Source of the DNA: Octopus bimaculoides
Taxonomy: Eukaryota
Assembly: GCF_001194135.2 (NCBI RefSeq)
Contig: NC_068986.1
Coordinates: 38,085,330 to 38,149,329 of the forward strand
Direction of reading: 5' to 3'
DNA length: 64,000 bases
The notes below the pieces were generated by a model that worked only from the letters and a program-made list of their open reading frames with translations, had not been told where the DNA came from and did no database searches. This document shows, piece by piece, positions 37,580 through 50,917 of this stretch; within the stretch, counting starts at the first letter, position 1; the number at the start of each line of letters is the position of its first letter. The position numbers and the translations under genes were made by a program.

Positions 37580-38100
37580 TTCCCAAGGCCCAGGAAGACC
37601 TGGGCTGAGGTGGTGAGGCAAGACCTTCGAACATTGGGCTTCACCGAGGCGATGACTACTGACCGAGACCTTTGGAAATGTGCTGTGCGTGAGAAGACCC
37701 GGCAAGCCAAGTGAGATCGTTGCCAGTGCCCCTGGACTGGCTCTTGTGCAGGTGGCACATAAGATGTACCATCTTGAGCGTGACCGTTGCCAATACCACC
37801 TGACTGGCCTTTGTAGGGTTTTCGAGTGAGATCGTTGCCAGTGCCCCTGGACTGGCTCTTGTGCGGGTGGCACATAAAAGACACCATTTCGAGCATGGCC
37901 GTTTTCGTGCGGGTGACACGTAAAAGCACCCACTACACTCTTTGAGTGGTTGGTGCTAGGAAGGGCATCCAGCTGTAGAAACTCTGCCAAATTAGATTGG
38001 AGCCTGGTGTTGACATCCGGTTTCACCAGTCCTCAGTCAAATCGTCCAACCCATGCTAGCATGGAAAGCGGATGTTAAACGATGATGATGATGATGATGA
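37580..38100 (+). mobile_element. Young 5'-truncated RTE insertion
   Basis: RPRKTWAEVVRQDLRTLGFTEAMTTDRDLWKCAVREKTRQAK*, tandem UTR units, (GAT)n tail. Confidence 0.9.
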
Positions 38101-38342
38101 TCCTTATAAAAAGCAAAGTTTATTTGTTTGTATATTGACAGCTGAAAACACTAGATAAAATCAATAATATTTCAGGTTTTTCATGTCATTTCAATTAGTT
38201 TGACCATTTTGAAGATAACAGTGCACTTATTTTCTGAAAACAGAATGGGGGTGGCCAAGCTGGTGGTGTATTGGCTCTTATTTCTAGCAATCCGTAAACT
38301 GTCTATTTCACTATAATGTTTTGTACAGATAGGACATACCTA

Positions 38343-38662
38343 CACAAGAGTGCTCCAGCAAATTTGTTTCTTCATAACTTTAGGGAAAATGGATATTTTT
38401 AAATAAAACTTTCTACAAATATGCTTCTAATGACGTACATTCCAACTATATCAGAATTTGTTGGGAAAACCTTTTTTCGCTCCCATCAAAGCTGAATCGT
38501 TTTAATTTTCCGAAACTACTCTCCTGACTTGTGGAAAATGTTTTTAACAAACTCCAAAATAATTGGAATCTAAACTGTCTGAAACATTTTTGGATAAAAT
38601 TTCATTAAAAAATATCCATTTTTCTGAAAGTTAAGAAACAAATTCTGTGGGGCACAGTTGTG
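38343..38662. mobile_element. Tc1/mariner-type MITE (320 bp, about 70-bp TIRs, TA TSD)
   Basis: TA|CACAAGAGTGCTCC..AATTTGTTTCTT..AAAATGGATATTTTT matches the reverse complement of the right end (...GCACAGTTGTG|TA). Confidence 0.78.
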
Positions 38663-38869
38663 TAGATATGGCTGTAAATGAACATTTCTATACACATACA
38701 TGCAGGAATATTGACATTTTTACATATACAGTCAGATGTATAACCATAACACACATATATATTTATATATACCTACATATACATTCCTCTGCTCTCTCTC
38801 TCTACTGGGACAAATGCAATCAGGTTATCTGTCCACCTACTTAACCAGCTATCTTTCTTTTCATTTTTG

Positions 38870-40990
38870 TTCCATCTAGAAACATGCCAACAACCACCCA
38901 AGGATTTTCCTTGGCCTTATCAAGTGAAGGAGAAAGCTATTCGGCTGTCCATGTGCATTTGTTCCCTGTGTATGGGTGTGCACACTTGTGTGTATGTAGG
39001 GATGAGCTTGTTTCCTCTCTCTCTGTCTGAACCCCCCCACGCCATCGCTAGTGGTACCCTCCATCATACCTGCAATCCCCTCTCCCTGCACAAATGCAAC
39101 CAGTCTTAGCTGACTCCCTACCTAATCTAACATTGGAATATCCATATTTTTCTACACCGCTTAAATTTACATTATTCGAAGACCATAATGCTTATGCTTA
39201 CAATGCTGCTAACACCTGCTCCTACCTCCAGTAGGGACAACAATAATCTTAACACGCTTGAATGTTTGAATGATGTCAGGTTGGAAGTAAGAACAGGTGA
39301 AGCATGCCTAAAAAACGAATGCGACAACCTTCCTCTTCTTCTCAGGCACTGAATAACATCTCTCCTCACCAAGCCTCACCCCACATTCCTTTCCCAGTCT
39401 TCAGAGTTGGCACTGTCAATGTAGGCACACTGAAAGGTAGGTCTAGTGAGATTTTGGAGATACTTGAAAGGAGATGGGTTGATGTATGCTGCATACAAGA
39501 GGTAAGATGGAAAGGAGCTTCAGCTAGGGTCCTCACAGGCAAGGCACATAGGTATAAAGTTTTCTAGCAAGGTAACATGGATGGAGTAGGGGGTGTAAGC
39601 ATACTCCTTGCGGAGAAATGGGTAGATAAGGTCACAGAGGTTGTCAAGTTATGTGATAGAGTCCTTAAGATCAGGCTAGTCCTGCAGAACAGCACAGCTA
39701 CAATTATCTCTGCCTATGGCCCACAAGTGGGGCTACCAAATGATCAGAAGGACCATTTGTATGATACCCTTCTACAGGCTACCTCAAAGACGAGTGGCAA
39801 TGACCTCATCTTTGCAGCTGGAGATTTTAATGGGCATGTTGGACGGAAATCCTGTATCTTCACTGGTGTACATGGAGGCCATGGTATTAGTTCCCAGAAT
39901 GATGAGGGAACTAGGCTACTGCAGTTCTGTGATGCATGTAACCTTTTAATCTGTAACACTAAGTTCAGGAAGTCAGACAGCCACCTAATAACCTATCAAT
40001 CAGATGACTCCACTAGCTAGATTGATTTCATCCCCACCAGACAGCGGGACACAGGGTTGCTCTTAAATACAAAGACCCTCCCAGGTGAGGAATGCACCCC
40101 CCAGCATAGGCTAGTTATTAGTGACTTTCGACTTGAGACTAGAAGGATATCAAGAAGCAGACCAATCCAGAAGAGAAGGATTTGGAAGCTAAAGAACCCT
40201 TCACATGGTCAGAGATTTAGGGACATCCTCATCAAGAAATTTGATGAGAGGGAGGAGGAGTTACAGTCCTGTAACATAGAAGGAAGCTGGAAATTCTTAC
40301 AGGATAGCTTACTGAGTGCCACAGATCAAGTCTGCGGATGGTACAAAGTCCATTCTAGACCTAGAGTAGCGTGGTGGTGGAATAATATGGTAGACAAAGC
40401 CATCAGAGCAAAGAAACAGGTCTGGAAGGGTGGGGGTAGCAGAGAACCGTACCAGATAGCCAAAAGGGAGGCTGGGCAACAGGTATACATAGCCAAGGGC
40501 GAAGCAGAAAAGAAGTTTGCCAATGTCCAGCAACTTGAGGACCAAAGAACTGAAGTATTCTGGATTGCAAGACAGTGTGTGAGAGAAAAGGAGAGAAATG
40601 TGTCTGCGTGGTTGATGGTGCATTTACTTTTAATGATTCGGAAAAGAAAAAGGCTTGGAGGGGACATTATGAAAGACTGTTGAAAGTGGAGAATGAGTGG
40701 GAGAGCAAGCCAAATGTTGATCCAGTAGAGGGACCAGCTATCCAAATAGACAGTACCCTGGTAGATAATACAATTAAGGGTATGAAACCAGGAAAAGCTC
40801 CTGGCCCATCAGGAATCACCACTGAGATGCTTAAAACATCTGGTGGTGTGGGCTATGGCCTAGTCAACTGTGTTGTAAACCAGGTAGTTCATGATGGAAT
40901 CATACCCAATGACTGGCGTAGTAGCACCATAGTCAACTGCTACAAAGGTAAAGGTGATGCTTTAGATAGAAATAACTACAGGGGTATCAA
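38870..40990 (+). mobile_element. RTE LINE 5' half (APE endonuclease plus linker), 3'-truncated, inactive
   Basis: RVGTVNVGTL, CCIQEVRW, SAYGPQ, AGDFNGHVG, QHRLVISDF, GKAPGPSGIT.EMLK, IPNDWRSS.IVNCYKGKGDALDRNNYRGIK. Stops at 39565 and 40018 plus a frameshift. Confidence 0.92.
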
Positions 40991-43264
40991 ATATATATAT
41001 ATTATTTGAATCAGACAAATGCAAGTTGAAAATATTAGTATATGGGATGATTCTTTCTATTGCAAAACTGCCCAACCTATCATAATAAAGAAGCCTGTTT
41101 TGCAACCATGTGGTTTCAGGTTCAGTCCCACTACTATAACATCAGGTCAACCAAAGCACCTTGTGAGTGGATTTGGTAGACATCTATGAGATGCTTTCTC
41201 TAGATGAATACAATAGTGTAATGTTATTCTTACAATCTCTCTATGTTAAGTAGGATATACAGATCTCTCCAGCCTTCCCCTGATGAAGGAAGCTGGACTA
41301 TGTGACTATTTACTGGTCCCATACCTAAGACATTTTTTGCACATTCCATCTGCTAATTATGAACATTATGATTATTACATAATTCTAAGCTTCCAGAAAC
41401 AGCTGTCGAGTTAAAAACCCTCCCTTAGTATTCTGTATTTTTTATGCTCTATGTGAACATGTCTATATAATATATATATGTACCTATCTTCTGAATATAT
41501 ATGTAATTATATAGATCTATTGGTATCAAGTAGACGTGGCAGACAGTCATACAACTTCAGAAATATTCACTAACTCCTAATACATATAGCATTAGCACTT
41601 CTTTGTACAACATACTAATATGTTTTAACAACAGTAATGCCTCTCCTTGAAACATTTGCTGATACAATGATGGTGATGATGATGATGGCTTTGTTGGTTG
41701 CCTTTACATGAATGACAAAGTAAAACAACAATAACAATAACGGTGGTGGCAAGGGTGATTATAATGATGTTGGTAGCAATGATAATGGGGGTTAGGTGGG
41801 TTGTCTACATTAGAAATATGATATAAATGCACAGATAATTATGCATTCATCTTTCAGCTAAATTGATTGGTGAAACATCCTGATTATACAGTTTTTATGT
41901 AATCATCAGTTAATAATGGAAACTTCTGTCTTCTTCATTGATTAGTGATTAAAATCATTTCTGCTTAATTAAACGGAAGTCAATGTTATATTATTGTTCT
42001 TCTGTAATAGCTTATCTTAGTTCTCTCTCTCTCTCCCTTTGATATTGTTTCTATTTTGATTTATCCTTTCCGAAAGTAAAGTAGGAAATTTCAAAGGATC
42101 ATTACCTAAACCTTTGCATTTTAAAAGGTCACTTACCCAATTATCATGAACTCATTCACCAACACACTTCAACTTGTAGCCCACAGAAATACCATCTCCT
42201 CTCACTGGAATGAAATGATTGGACATGGTTAGATGCAGATAATTCAGCATGGCTGACTGGACTGGACTGGACTGGAGTGAATATTCAGATTGTTTTGGTG
42301 ACAAGAGGTAAACACACGCACTTACGTACAAGTGAACATGTGCAGAAATATAAACATAGCTGTGTGGTAAGAAGCTTGCTTTCCAACCACATGGTTGGTA
42401 TTGCCAGATGTGGCACTTTGGGTAAGTGTCTTCTACTGCAGCCTCAGGCTGACCAAAGCCTTAAATGGATTTAGTAGATGGAGACTGAAAGAAGCCTGTT
42501 GTGTATATATATATGCATATATATTTATGTGTGTGTGTGTGTGTGTGTCTTTGTTTGTCTCCCCACCGTTACTTGACAACTGATGTTGGTGTGTTTATGT
42601 CCCCATAACTTAGCAGTTTGGCAAAAGACACTGATAGAGTAAGTATTAGGCTTACAAAGAATAATTCCGGGGGGTCGATTTCTTTAACTAAAACCCTTTA
42701 AGGTGGTGCACCAACATGGCCACAGTCAAATGACTGAAATATGTAAAAGAAAAGAATATAGAGAGAAAGAGACATTAGAATTTATTAATTAAACACAACT
42801 GACATAACCACTTATCTTTTCTTTACACAATTAAAAAGAAATATGTTTACACATATACACAGGGAGAGAGATAGAGAGAGAGAGAGGACAGACCCAAGAG
42901 GAAGAGAGAATGAGAGAAACATTAAAATGTCTGATTTCAAATAAATTAGCATTGATGAGTAATGCCAAATAGGTGGCATCACCACTTAAAATGCACCCGT
43001 GCTGGTACTACATAAATGCACGTATAAAGTACACTTTGTTAAGTGGTTGGCGTTAGGAAGGGCTTCCAGCCACAGAAACCATGCTACAACAGACAGTTGG
43101 AGTCTGGACAGCTCCCTGCTAGCCAGCTCCATGTCAATCCGTCTAACCCATGCCAGCATGGAAAGAGGATGCTAAATGACGATGATGATGAAGAAAATGT
43201 CTCATACTTTCTTCTAACTTTTCTATCACTAATGTCTAACTAACTTCATATTGACATTAAACAT

Positions 43265-44072
43265 TCTTCAAATGTTGGGCCTCATAGAGGCAATGGCAGA
43301 AGACCGAGACCTTTGGAGATATGCTGTGATTGAGAAGACCCGGTAACTAAAGCGAAATTGCAGCCATGGCTGATGCCAGTGTTGCATGTCCGACCCATTT
43401 AAAAGTACCCTTGATACGTCGGGCGATATGATATGCTTGAGAAGACCTGTTGAGTCAAGTAAAACCAAAATTGTAGCTGTGGCCAATGCACTCTGACTGA
43501 AAAGCACTATCCGAACGTGGTTGATGCCAGGTTAGCCTGACTGGCTCTTGTGCCAGTGGCATGTAAAAAACACCATGCAAACGTGGTTGATGCTAGGTCA
43601 GCCTGACTGGCTCATATCGGTGGCACGTAAAAAGCACCATCCAAATGTGGTCAATGCCAGGTCAGCCTGATTGGCTCCTGTGTTGGTAGCATGTAAAAGG
43701 CACCATCTGAATGTGGTTGATACCAGGTCAACCTGACTGGCTCCTGTGCCAGTAGCACGTAAAAAGCACCATCCAAATGTGATTGATGCTAGGTCAGCCT
43801 GACTGGCTCCTGTGTCAGTGGCACATAAAAAGCACCATCCAAACGTGGGTGATGCCAGTGTCCCCTGGCTGGCTCCTGTGCCAGTGGCATATAAAAAACA
43901 TCCACTACACTCTCGGAATGGTTAGTATTAGGAAGGGCATCCAGCCGTAGAGATATTGCCAGATCAGATTGAAGCCTGGTGCAGCCGCTGGCTTTCGAGA
44001 CCTCAATCAAACTGTCCAACCCATGTCAACATGGAAAACGCATGTTAAACGATGATGATGATGATGATGATT
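43265..44072 (+). mobile_element. RTE 3' end (older subfamily) with expanded UTR array
   Basis: MLGL.EAMAEDRDLWRYAVIEKT*, then UTR, six tandem units and a (GAT)n tail. Confidence 0.85.
43499..43892 (+). repeat. Six tandem 64-66-bp units within the RTE 3'UTR
   Basis: Units start at about 43499, 43565, 43629, 43695, 43761 and 43827. Consensus AAAAAGCACCATCCAAA(C/T)GTGGTTGATGCCAGGTCAGCCTGACTGGCTCCTGTGCCAGTGGCA(C/T)GT. Confidence 0.92.
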
Positions 44073-44074
44073 CT

Positions 44075-44330
44075 TCTCTCTGCCTCTACTCTTTACAACT
44101 GACTGATCTTAAACCAATTTCACTCAGACACTGCTAATGTATCTACCTCTCACTCTCTCTTCTTATCTATATTGTCATATTGTATCCACCATCTCTACAC
44201 TTACAGCTATGCCCAGTCCTTGTCTAGAATGTTGGCTCTCCACAATACTCACCTTGCATGTGTTTTTCCTCCAATCTTAAACTTGCAACTGTTCAAGGAG
44301 AGAATCAACAACATAAGGTTTTGGAGCACC
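44075..44330 (+). mobile_element. Decayed CR1/L2/Jockey-type LINE 3' end
   Basis: Degenerate SSLCL...YSYAQSLSRMLAL...VFP...NLQLFKERIN. A probable related minus-strand copy is at about 55030-55330. Confidence 0.45.
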
Positions 44331-44739
44331 TATGAAGTTGACACAGCCCCCCCCCTCCTATTACTTTTTACTTGTTCCAGTTACTGGGCTGTGGCCAAGC
44401 TGGGATGCCACCTTGATGGTTTAGTGGAACAAATCAAACCCAGTACTTATAAGTCTGGTGCTTAGTTTATCAATTTGTTTTGTTAAACTGTTAAGTTACA
44501 GAGACATAAATAAACCACCACCAGTTGTCAAGTGGTGGTGGTGGGGACAAACAAAGACACACACACAGATATATTGACAGACAGGCAGATGGATATAGAT
44601 ATACTATAGGCTTCCAAATATTTTGTCTAACAAATTCACTCACAAAGCATTGGTCAACTCAGGGTAATGGTAGAAGACACTTACCCAAGGGGCCATGAAG
44701 TGACTTAAATAAATTTTTAAATACTAACTTCATGGGACC

Positions 44740-45793
44740 TGCCAGTCACCTGTTCACCTATGAGTCTGGTGGGCACACTAGTTAGATTGACTACATTCTC
44801 ACCAGGAAACGGGGAAGATGGCTACTTATAAATGCCAAAACCTTCCCAGGTGAAGAATGCACCCCACAACACAGGTTAGTAGTTTGCAACTTCAGGATCA
44901 GGGCTAAATAGTTGTCCAGAAGACGACCAGCATGGAAAAGTGTCTGGAAGCTTAAGGATCCTCTGAGATTTAGAGAAGTATTACTTGAAGCATTTAATGA
45001 AAAAGAGGATATAGCGTCACATAATGTGGAGGACAACTGGAGGTTCCTACAAGACAAACTGTTGAGAGCTACTGACCAGATCTGTGACAGGTGCAAAGTC
45101 CATTCTCAACCTTAGGTAAGATGGTGGTGGAACAATGTAGTTGACAAGGTCATTAGGGGAAAGAAACAGGCATGGAAGGACTGGAAGTGTGGTGGTAGCA
45201 GGAAACTGTATCAGATCACCAGAAGGGAAGCTAGGAGACAGGTTTACTTAGCCAGAGGGGAAGCAGATGAGAAAAGTTCTGCATCATGAGGATCAGAGAC
45301 TTGAAGTGTTTCGTATTGCAAGACAGTGAGTGAGAAAGAATCATGATGTCATAGGAGAGAAATATGTCCTCATGGATGATGGCTCACTTGCATTTAATGA
45401 TACTGCAAAAAGAGAGAGATGCCACTATGAAAGGTTGCTAAATGAAGAGAATGAATGGGAGAAAGAGAGTCTGCCAAATGTCGACCCAACAGAGGGACCA
45501 GCTATTCAAATTGACTACCTTGGTAGATAAAGTAATTAAGAGTATGAAGACAGGGAAAGCCCCTGGCCCATCAGGAAGCACACCTGAGATGCTTAAAATA
45601 TCTGGCAGTGTAGGCTATAGTCTAGTCACCCATACAGTCAACCAGGTGATACATGAAGGAGTCATACCCAATGACTAGTGTAGCAGCACCACAGTCAACT
45701 GCTACAAAGGTAAAAGTGACACATTAGATAGGAATAATTAGAGGTATCAAATTGTTGGATCAGATGATGAAAGTCACGGAGAGGGTCATAACT
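44740..45793 (+). mobile_element. Second RTE fragment (endonuclease end to RT start), 3'-truncated
   Basis: QIDYILTR...KTFPGEECTPQHRLVV.NF...GKAPGPSG..EMLK..IPND...RGIKLLDQMMKVTERV. Homologous to 39990-40990. Confidence 0.85.
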
Positions 45794-47318
45794 TATAAAA
45801 AGATATAGATAATAGACATAGCTGTGTGATTAAGAGATTCACTTCACAACCACGTTGTGAAGAAAGATATGAGGAAACAAAGTTGATGTCACTTCTACAG
45901 TTATACTGCAGTATAAACAGGAACATTAAAAAATGCTATACCACAGTGTAAGATAACTATGTCACAGTAAAACAAAAAATTAATTTTATAACTGAATCAT
46001 GAAGTTGAAATCTTTAATAAAAGAAACTTGAAAACCACATTTTGATAAGAAATGTGTTAAAATTGGAATTTAAAGATTGTGTAGACTTTAATAATTGCTT
46101 TCTTTTAGTAAAAGTTACACCAAACTCAATAAGAAGCTTTCTTCATTATCATAAAACTAGATGTAACAAGTAGGCATGGGTGTATGCTTTGCTACAATAT
46201 CCCTGAGTCAACCAATGCCATGTAAGGGAGTTTGGTAGACTAAAACTGCAGTAAACACACTGCATATCCATTTTTCCATGTTGGTATGAGTTAAATATAT
46301 TACCGAGACATTGTTTATCAGCCAAGTGCTCTTTCTCTTACAAACACTCACTTGCTTTTCAAGTAATGGATCTTTTTGTTACACATATCTTTAAAGGTGT
46401 GAAATGAGTGGATGATGATTTCGCAACAGAAGTGGCAACAACACTATTTGTGGTTTGCAACTTTTGTAGAACATAAATGTAAACAAAAAGAGATACACAT
46501 ATATAGCTATATGATAGAATGGGTATCTGGCCATAGAAAACCTATCTCAATGAATTCTGTGTGAGACTTGTAAATATGGGAAACTGGATGTTAAATGATA
46601 ATGGTGATACGCACACACTTAGCAGGATTATTTTAGTTTCTGTTTAATAAATTCATTCATAAGGCTTTGGCCAACCCAGAACTATAGAAGAAAACACTTA
46701 CCGAAGGTGCTGTACAGTAGGGCTGAACATGAAACTACATGGTTGGAGAGCAAGAGTGTGTGTGTGTGTGTGTGTGCGCGTGCGTGCGTGTGTGTGAATG
46801 TAGGCATTCCATACTGCAGAAAGTTCAACATAGCTCATTGGCTTGTTGGATTCTGTAAAACTGTATAACCCATGCCAGCATAGAAGACAAATATATATAT
46901 AAGCACAGGCATGACTGTGTGGTAAGAAGCTTGTTTCCCAACCACATGGTTCCAGGTTCAGTCCCACTGTATTGCATCTTGGACAAGTGACTTGTACTAT
47001 AGCCTTGGGCTGGCCAAAACCTTGTGAGTGGATCTGGTAGATGGAAACTGAAAGAAGCTCATCATCATCGTTTAACGTCCGCTTTCCATGCTGGCATGGG
47101 TTGGACGATTTGACTGATCTATATATCTGTATGTGTGTCTATGTGTCTGTGTTTGTTACCCACCACCACTTGAAAGCTGATGTGTTTACATCCCCATAAC
47201 TTAGCAGTTCAGCTAAAACAGACCAATAGAATAAGTACCGGGCTTTAAAGAAAAAAGCTGCTGGGGTCAAGGTGGTATCCCAGCATGGCCACAGTCTAAT
47301 GACTGAAACAAGTAAAAG

Positions 47319-47355
<37 letters not shown>

Positions 47356-47456
47356 CAAAACAAATTAATGTTCAAAAATTAAAAGAAAAAATCCCACACA
47401 TTTAAAAAAACAGAAATATTTCAAAAAGAGCTTTTAATAACTTCAATACAAATATA

Positions 47457-47462
47457 TTTATT
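47457..47462 (-). terminator. Candidate CENPM polyadenylation signal
   Basis: AATAAA on the minus strand about 170 nt after the stop, just before SINE/microsatellite sequence begins. Confidence 0.45.
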
Positions 47463-47633
47463 TCTTACAAAAGTGCAATAATTAAAAAAAGAAAAAATAT
47501 TTATGCTACTTACATATATATAAACAAATATATATTATACTTATATACAGATTTTTTTTCCTATTTACAATTAAAAGTCCAAAAAGTTGAGTCAGAAATA
47601 TTTCCTTTTAAATAATATCATATATACAAAATA

Positions 47634-47735
47634 TTAAGTCAGTGCCAATAAAAATATACTTTGGAGATTACTTTTGAATCCTGCAGATATTTCTACAATT
47701 CGAAGAATTTGACATGAGACATGATTAGCTCTGGT
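47634..47735 (-). CDS. CENPM: Centromere protein M exon 6 (terminal)
   Basis: Strong cttttttcttttcttttacag| acceptor. TRANHVSCQILRIVEISAGFKSNLQSIFLLALT* aligns to human [27 protein letters not shown]. The six exons total 534 nt, i.e. 177 aa plus stop. Confidence 0.88.
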   Translation of the reverse strand, partial: TRANHVSCQILRIVEISAGFKSNLQSIFLLALT

Positions 47736-50700
47736 CTGTAAAAGAAAAGAAAAAAGACATATATTGAGGCTGTTAGTGGTATTATTTCTAAAGGTTGTTA
47801 TAATTAATCATCGTCGTTTAACGTCCGCTTTCCATGCTAGTGTGGGTTGGATGATTTGACTGAGGACTGGTGGACCAGGAGGCGACACCAGGCTCCAATC
47901 TGATTTGGGAGAGTTTCTACAGCTGGATGCCCTTCCTAACACCAACCACTCTGAGAGTGTAGTGGGTGCTTTTACGTGCCACCAGCACGAGGGCCAGTCA
48001 GGCAGTCTAATATATTATCTCTTCAATTAAGTGCTTCCTCAACAGTAACACATACACTACCGCCAAACACTGACACTTCTAGAATATGAAGACATTACTG
48101 AGATTCTAATGTCAGTAATACATTCAAATTCTGACAGTGTATTACTGACATGTAGTAGTAGTAATCATTGTCATCATCATTTAACGTCTGTTTTCCATGC
48201 TGGCATAGGTTGGATGGCTTGACAGGAACTGGTAATGCTATGGGCCACAGCAGGTTCCATAGTCTATTTTGGCTTGGTTTCTGCGACTGGATGCATTTCC
48301 TAATGCCAGCCATTTTCCAGAGAGTTCTGGGTGCTTTTTATGTGGCACATCACAGGTGCTTTGATGGTGACACATAAAAAAACACCCAGTACACTCTGTG
48401 GAGTGGTTGGCATTAGGAAGGGCATCCAGCTGTACGCTTTTAAGTGTATTACTGATATTGAACTGTGACATCAAGGAAAACACTGAAACTTGCACAGCAA
48501 TAAAGGAACTTTCACATATAAAAGAGGCATAGAGACAGAAAGAGAGAGAGAGAAAGAAAGAACCTTCCCCTTTCAGCCTGCCTCTTCTACCACTACTATT
48601 ATGGCTTAAATTCCTCAAAAAAAGCATCCAAAATCATCCTATTGTCTCAGAAAAAGAATAAGGTGTACTGAAAGATGTTGGCCACAGAGGGGACAGGTAG
48701 AATAGACTTTGTCGACAAGGCTCTTGATGCTAGTACTATTTCTCTCTGTGTGGACTGAAATGATTTGGTACATCTGTTTGGATACTGACAATTTGGCATA
48801 GCTGACTGGACATCCAACCTATTTTGGGTGGAGACAAACACATGCCTGTGCATAATATACACATTCAAGAATGTCTTTTACAGTCATGCCTCTTATTCCT
48901 TCTCTCAGCCAGGGTGAGGTGGGGGTTTATCTTACAGGTTTGTGAATGCTGGTGCCACTTAAAAAGCACCCATGTTGGTGCCACATAAGAAGAACCAATG
49001 TTGGTGCCTAGTATAAAGCAGCTGTGCTGGTGTCACATAAAAAACAACCAGTATACTGTGTAAATTGCTTGGCACTGGGAAGGGAATATAGCCATAGAAA
49101 CCATGCCAAAACTGACAAATGGAGCCTGGCCAGCTCTTGTCAAACTGTCCAACCCATTCCTGCATGGAGAACGGATGTTTGATGATGATGATGACACAGA
49201 TAGAGTGCCATTACACATACATACAAACATAACTAGATGCTCACAGAGTGAGAGGGGGAGGAGGCATAGAACGTGAGAAACATTAAAACTTTTGATGTTG
49301 AATAAGTCAGCTTTGTAAGAGGAATGCCAAAATGTCTTGTATCCTTCTGTGTGTGTATATATTGCTTATGCCTGTCTGGGTTGAGTGGAAGAGAAATTTG
49401 TGTTTAAATGTAGTTGTGCTCTGAAGTGTTGTATATATGTCTGGATAAAACTCCTAGTAACAAGTCCCTAGTCACATCGTCCCCATTTTCTCTCTCTCTC
49501 TCTCTTCTTTCCTACTGCGAGATGTCTATTTCTGTGCTTCTACTCATACTCCTCGTATCTGGCACAAAGCCACCTCCTTCAACACTATACCCTCCCTTAC
49601 TTGAGAGGTCTTGTCTTGTTAATTATTTGGTGACCTCACTGCTGATGGTGCCATATAAAAAGCACCCAGTCCATGCTGTAAAGTGGCTGGTGTTAGGAAG
49701 GCCACCTGGCCATAAAAACCATACCAAAGCAGACAGTAGAGCTTGGTGCAATCTTCTGACTTCCCAGTTCCTATCAAACCATCTAACCCATTCCAACATG
49801 GAAAGTGGATGTTAAAATATGATGATGATGTGTTTGGCATTGGGGTTTCATATGGTGACAGAGACTGTAGAAGTTATAACTTACTATAGCAACTAATTGT
49901 ACCACTCATATGTTCAGCTGGTCTGTGTACAATTTGCTAAAACATAATGCACTATTTTATGTATTTTGTACTTTGTTGTGGAAAGATTGGGGATTCTAGT
50001 AGGATTATTATAGTCTGTGATGGTTCTACTATATTGTTTGTATGCCAAAGCTGTTGTTTCATTCCGTTGGCTAAATGTAGTAATTGTGATTGCTCTTAGT
50101 ATTATTGCAATTGTTCCTAGATGCTGTTTAGCACCAGGTCAGCTTTGACCAAAGGTGTTCTAGCCATGACCAGCTGTTTTCTTTTTTCAGACATCCATAG
50201 CATGGATGCAAGATATAGATGTTTCTAGTCTCCCTTGAAAACATGTCTGGCCAAGGAGAAGTATTAGCTTGCTGGGAAACAGGTGAAGGTTGATAACTGG
50301 AAGGGCATCAGGCTGTAGAAAATCTGTCTGAACAAATTCTGTATGACCCATACACACATGAAAAAGTTGACAACTAACAATGGTTTGATACATTCCCTTA
50401 GCTTAGCAGTTTGACGGAAAGTAATTTAATTTCTGGGATTGATTTGATAAGCTAAACTCTTCAAATTAATGCAAAAGGATAAAAGAATACTTAAAGGTAT
50501 GGTAATGAACATCAGTAAGAAAATGTTTTCATTTTTAGATTTAAAAAAAATAATTCAAATCCTTAGTATTTAATCTCCCACTCAAATATTCTATTGGTTT
50601 TAAGTTAAAATTAACCAGATCCAATATCTCACACCTACCCTACAATGTCACTCTAAAAATATACAAACACCACTGAAAACTTGGAGCTACAAAATAATGT

Positions 50701-50825
50701 GATTAATTCACAACAATGTGAATAAATCGGCAACGCATCTGACAATGAAATCTGAATGTTAAAGGGTTAAATAAGTGTATAAAGGAAGATGAACGTAATA
50801 AATTGTTTAAAAAATACCAACTTAC

Positions 50826-50917
50826 CTCAATATTTCCATAAATTGTTATTAAGTTATACATCTTTGCAATATCTTTAATGGATTCGATTTCAATGGTAGA
50901 CATCTTCCGATGATTAT
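50826..50917 (-). CDS. CENPM: Centromere protein M exon 5 (92 nt)
   Basis: tttgcatcag| acceptor, |gtaagt donor. (D)NHRKMSTIEIESIKDIAKMYNLITIYGNIE. Phase 1 in, phase 0 out. Confidence 0.9.

Noticed and set aside
39304-41009. Host gene similar to craniofacial development protein 2
   Set aside because: This is the RTE endonuclease/linker with stops and a frameshift; such annotations are TE-derived.
43499-43892. Regularly spaced 66-bp array resembling a CRISPR array
   Set aside because: Whole units are homologous with no unique spacers, it lies in an RTE 3'UTR, the DNA is eukaryotic, and no cas genes are present.
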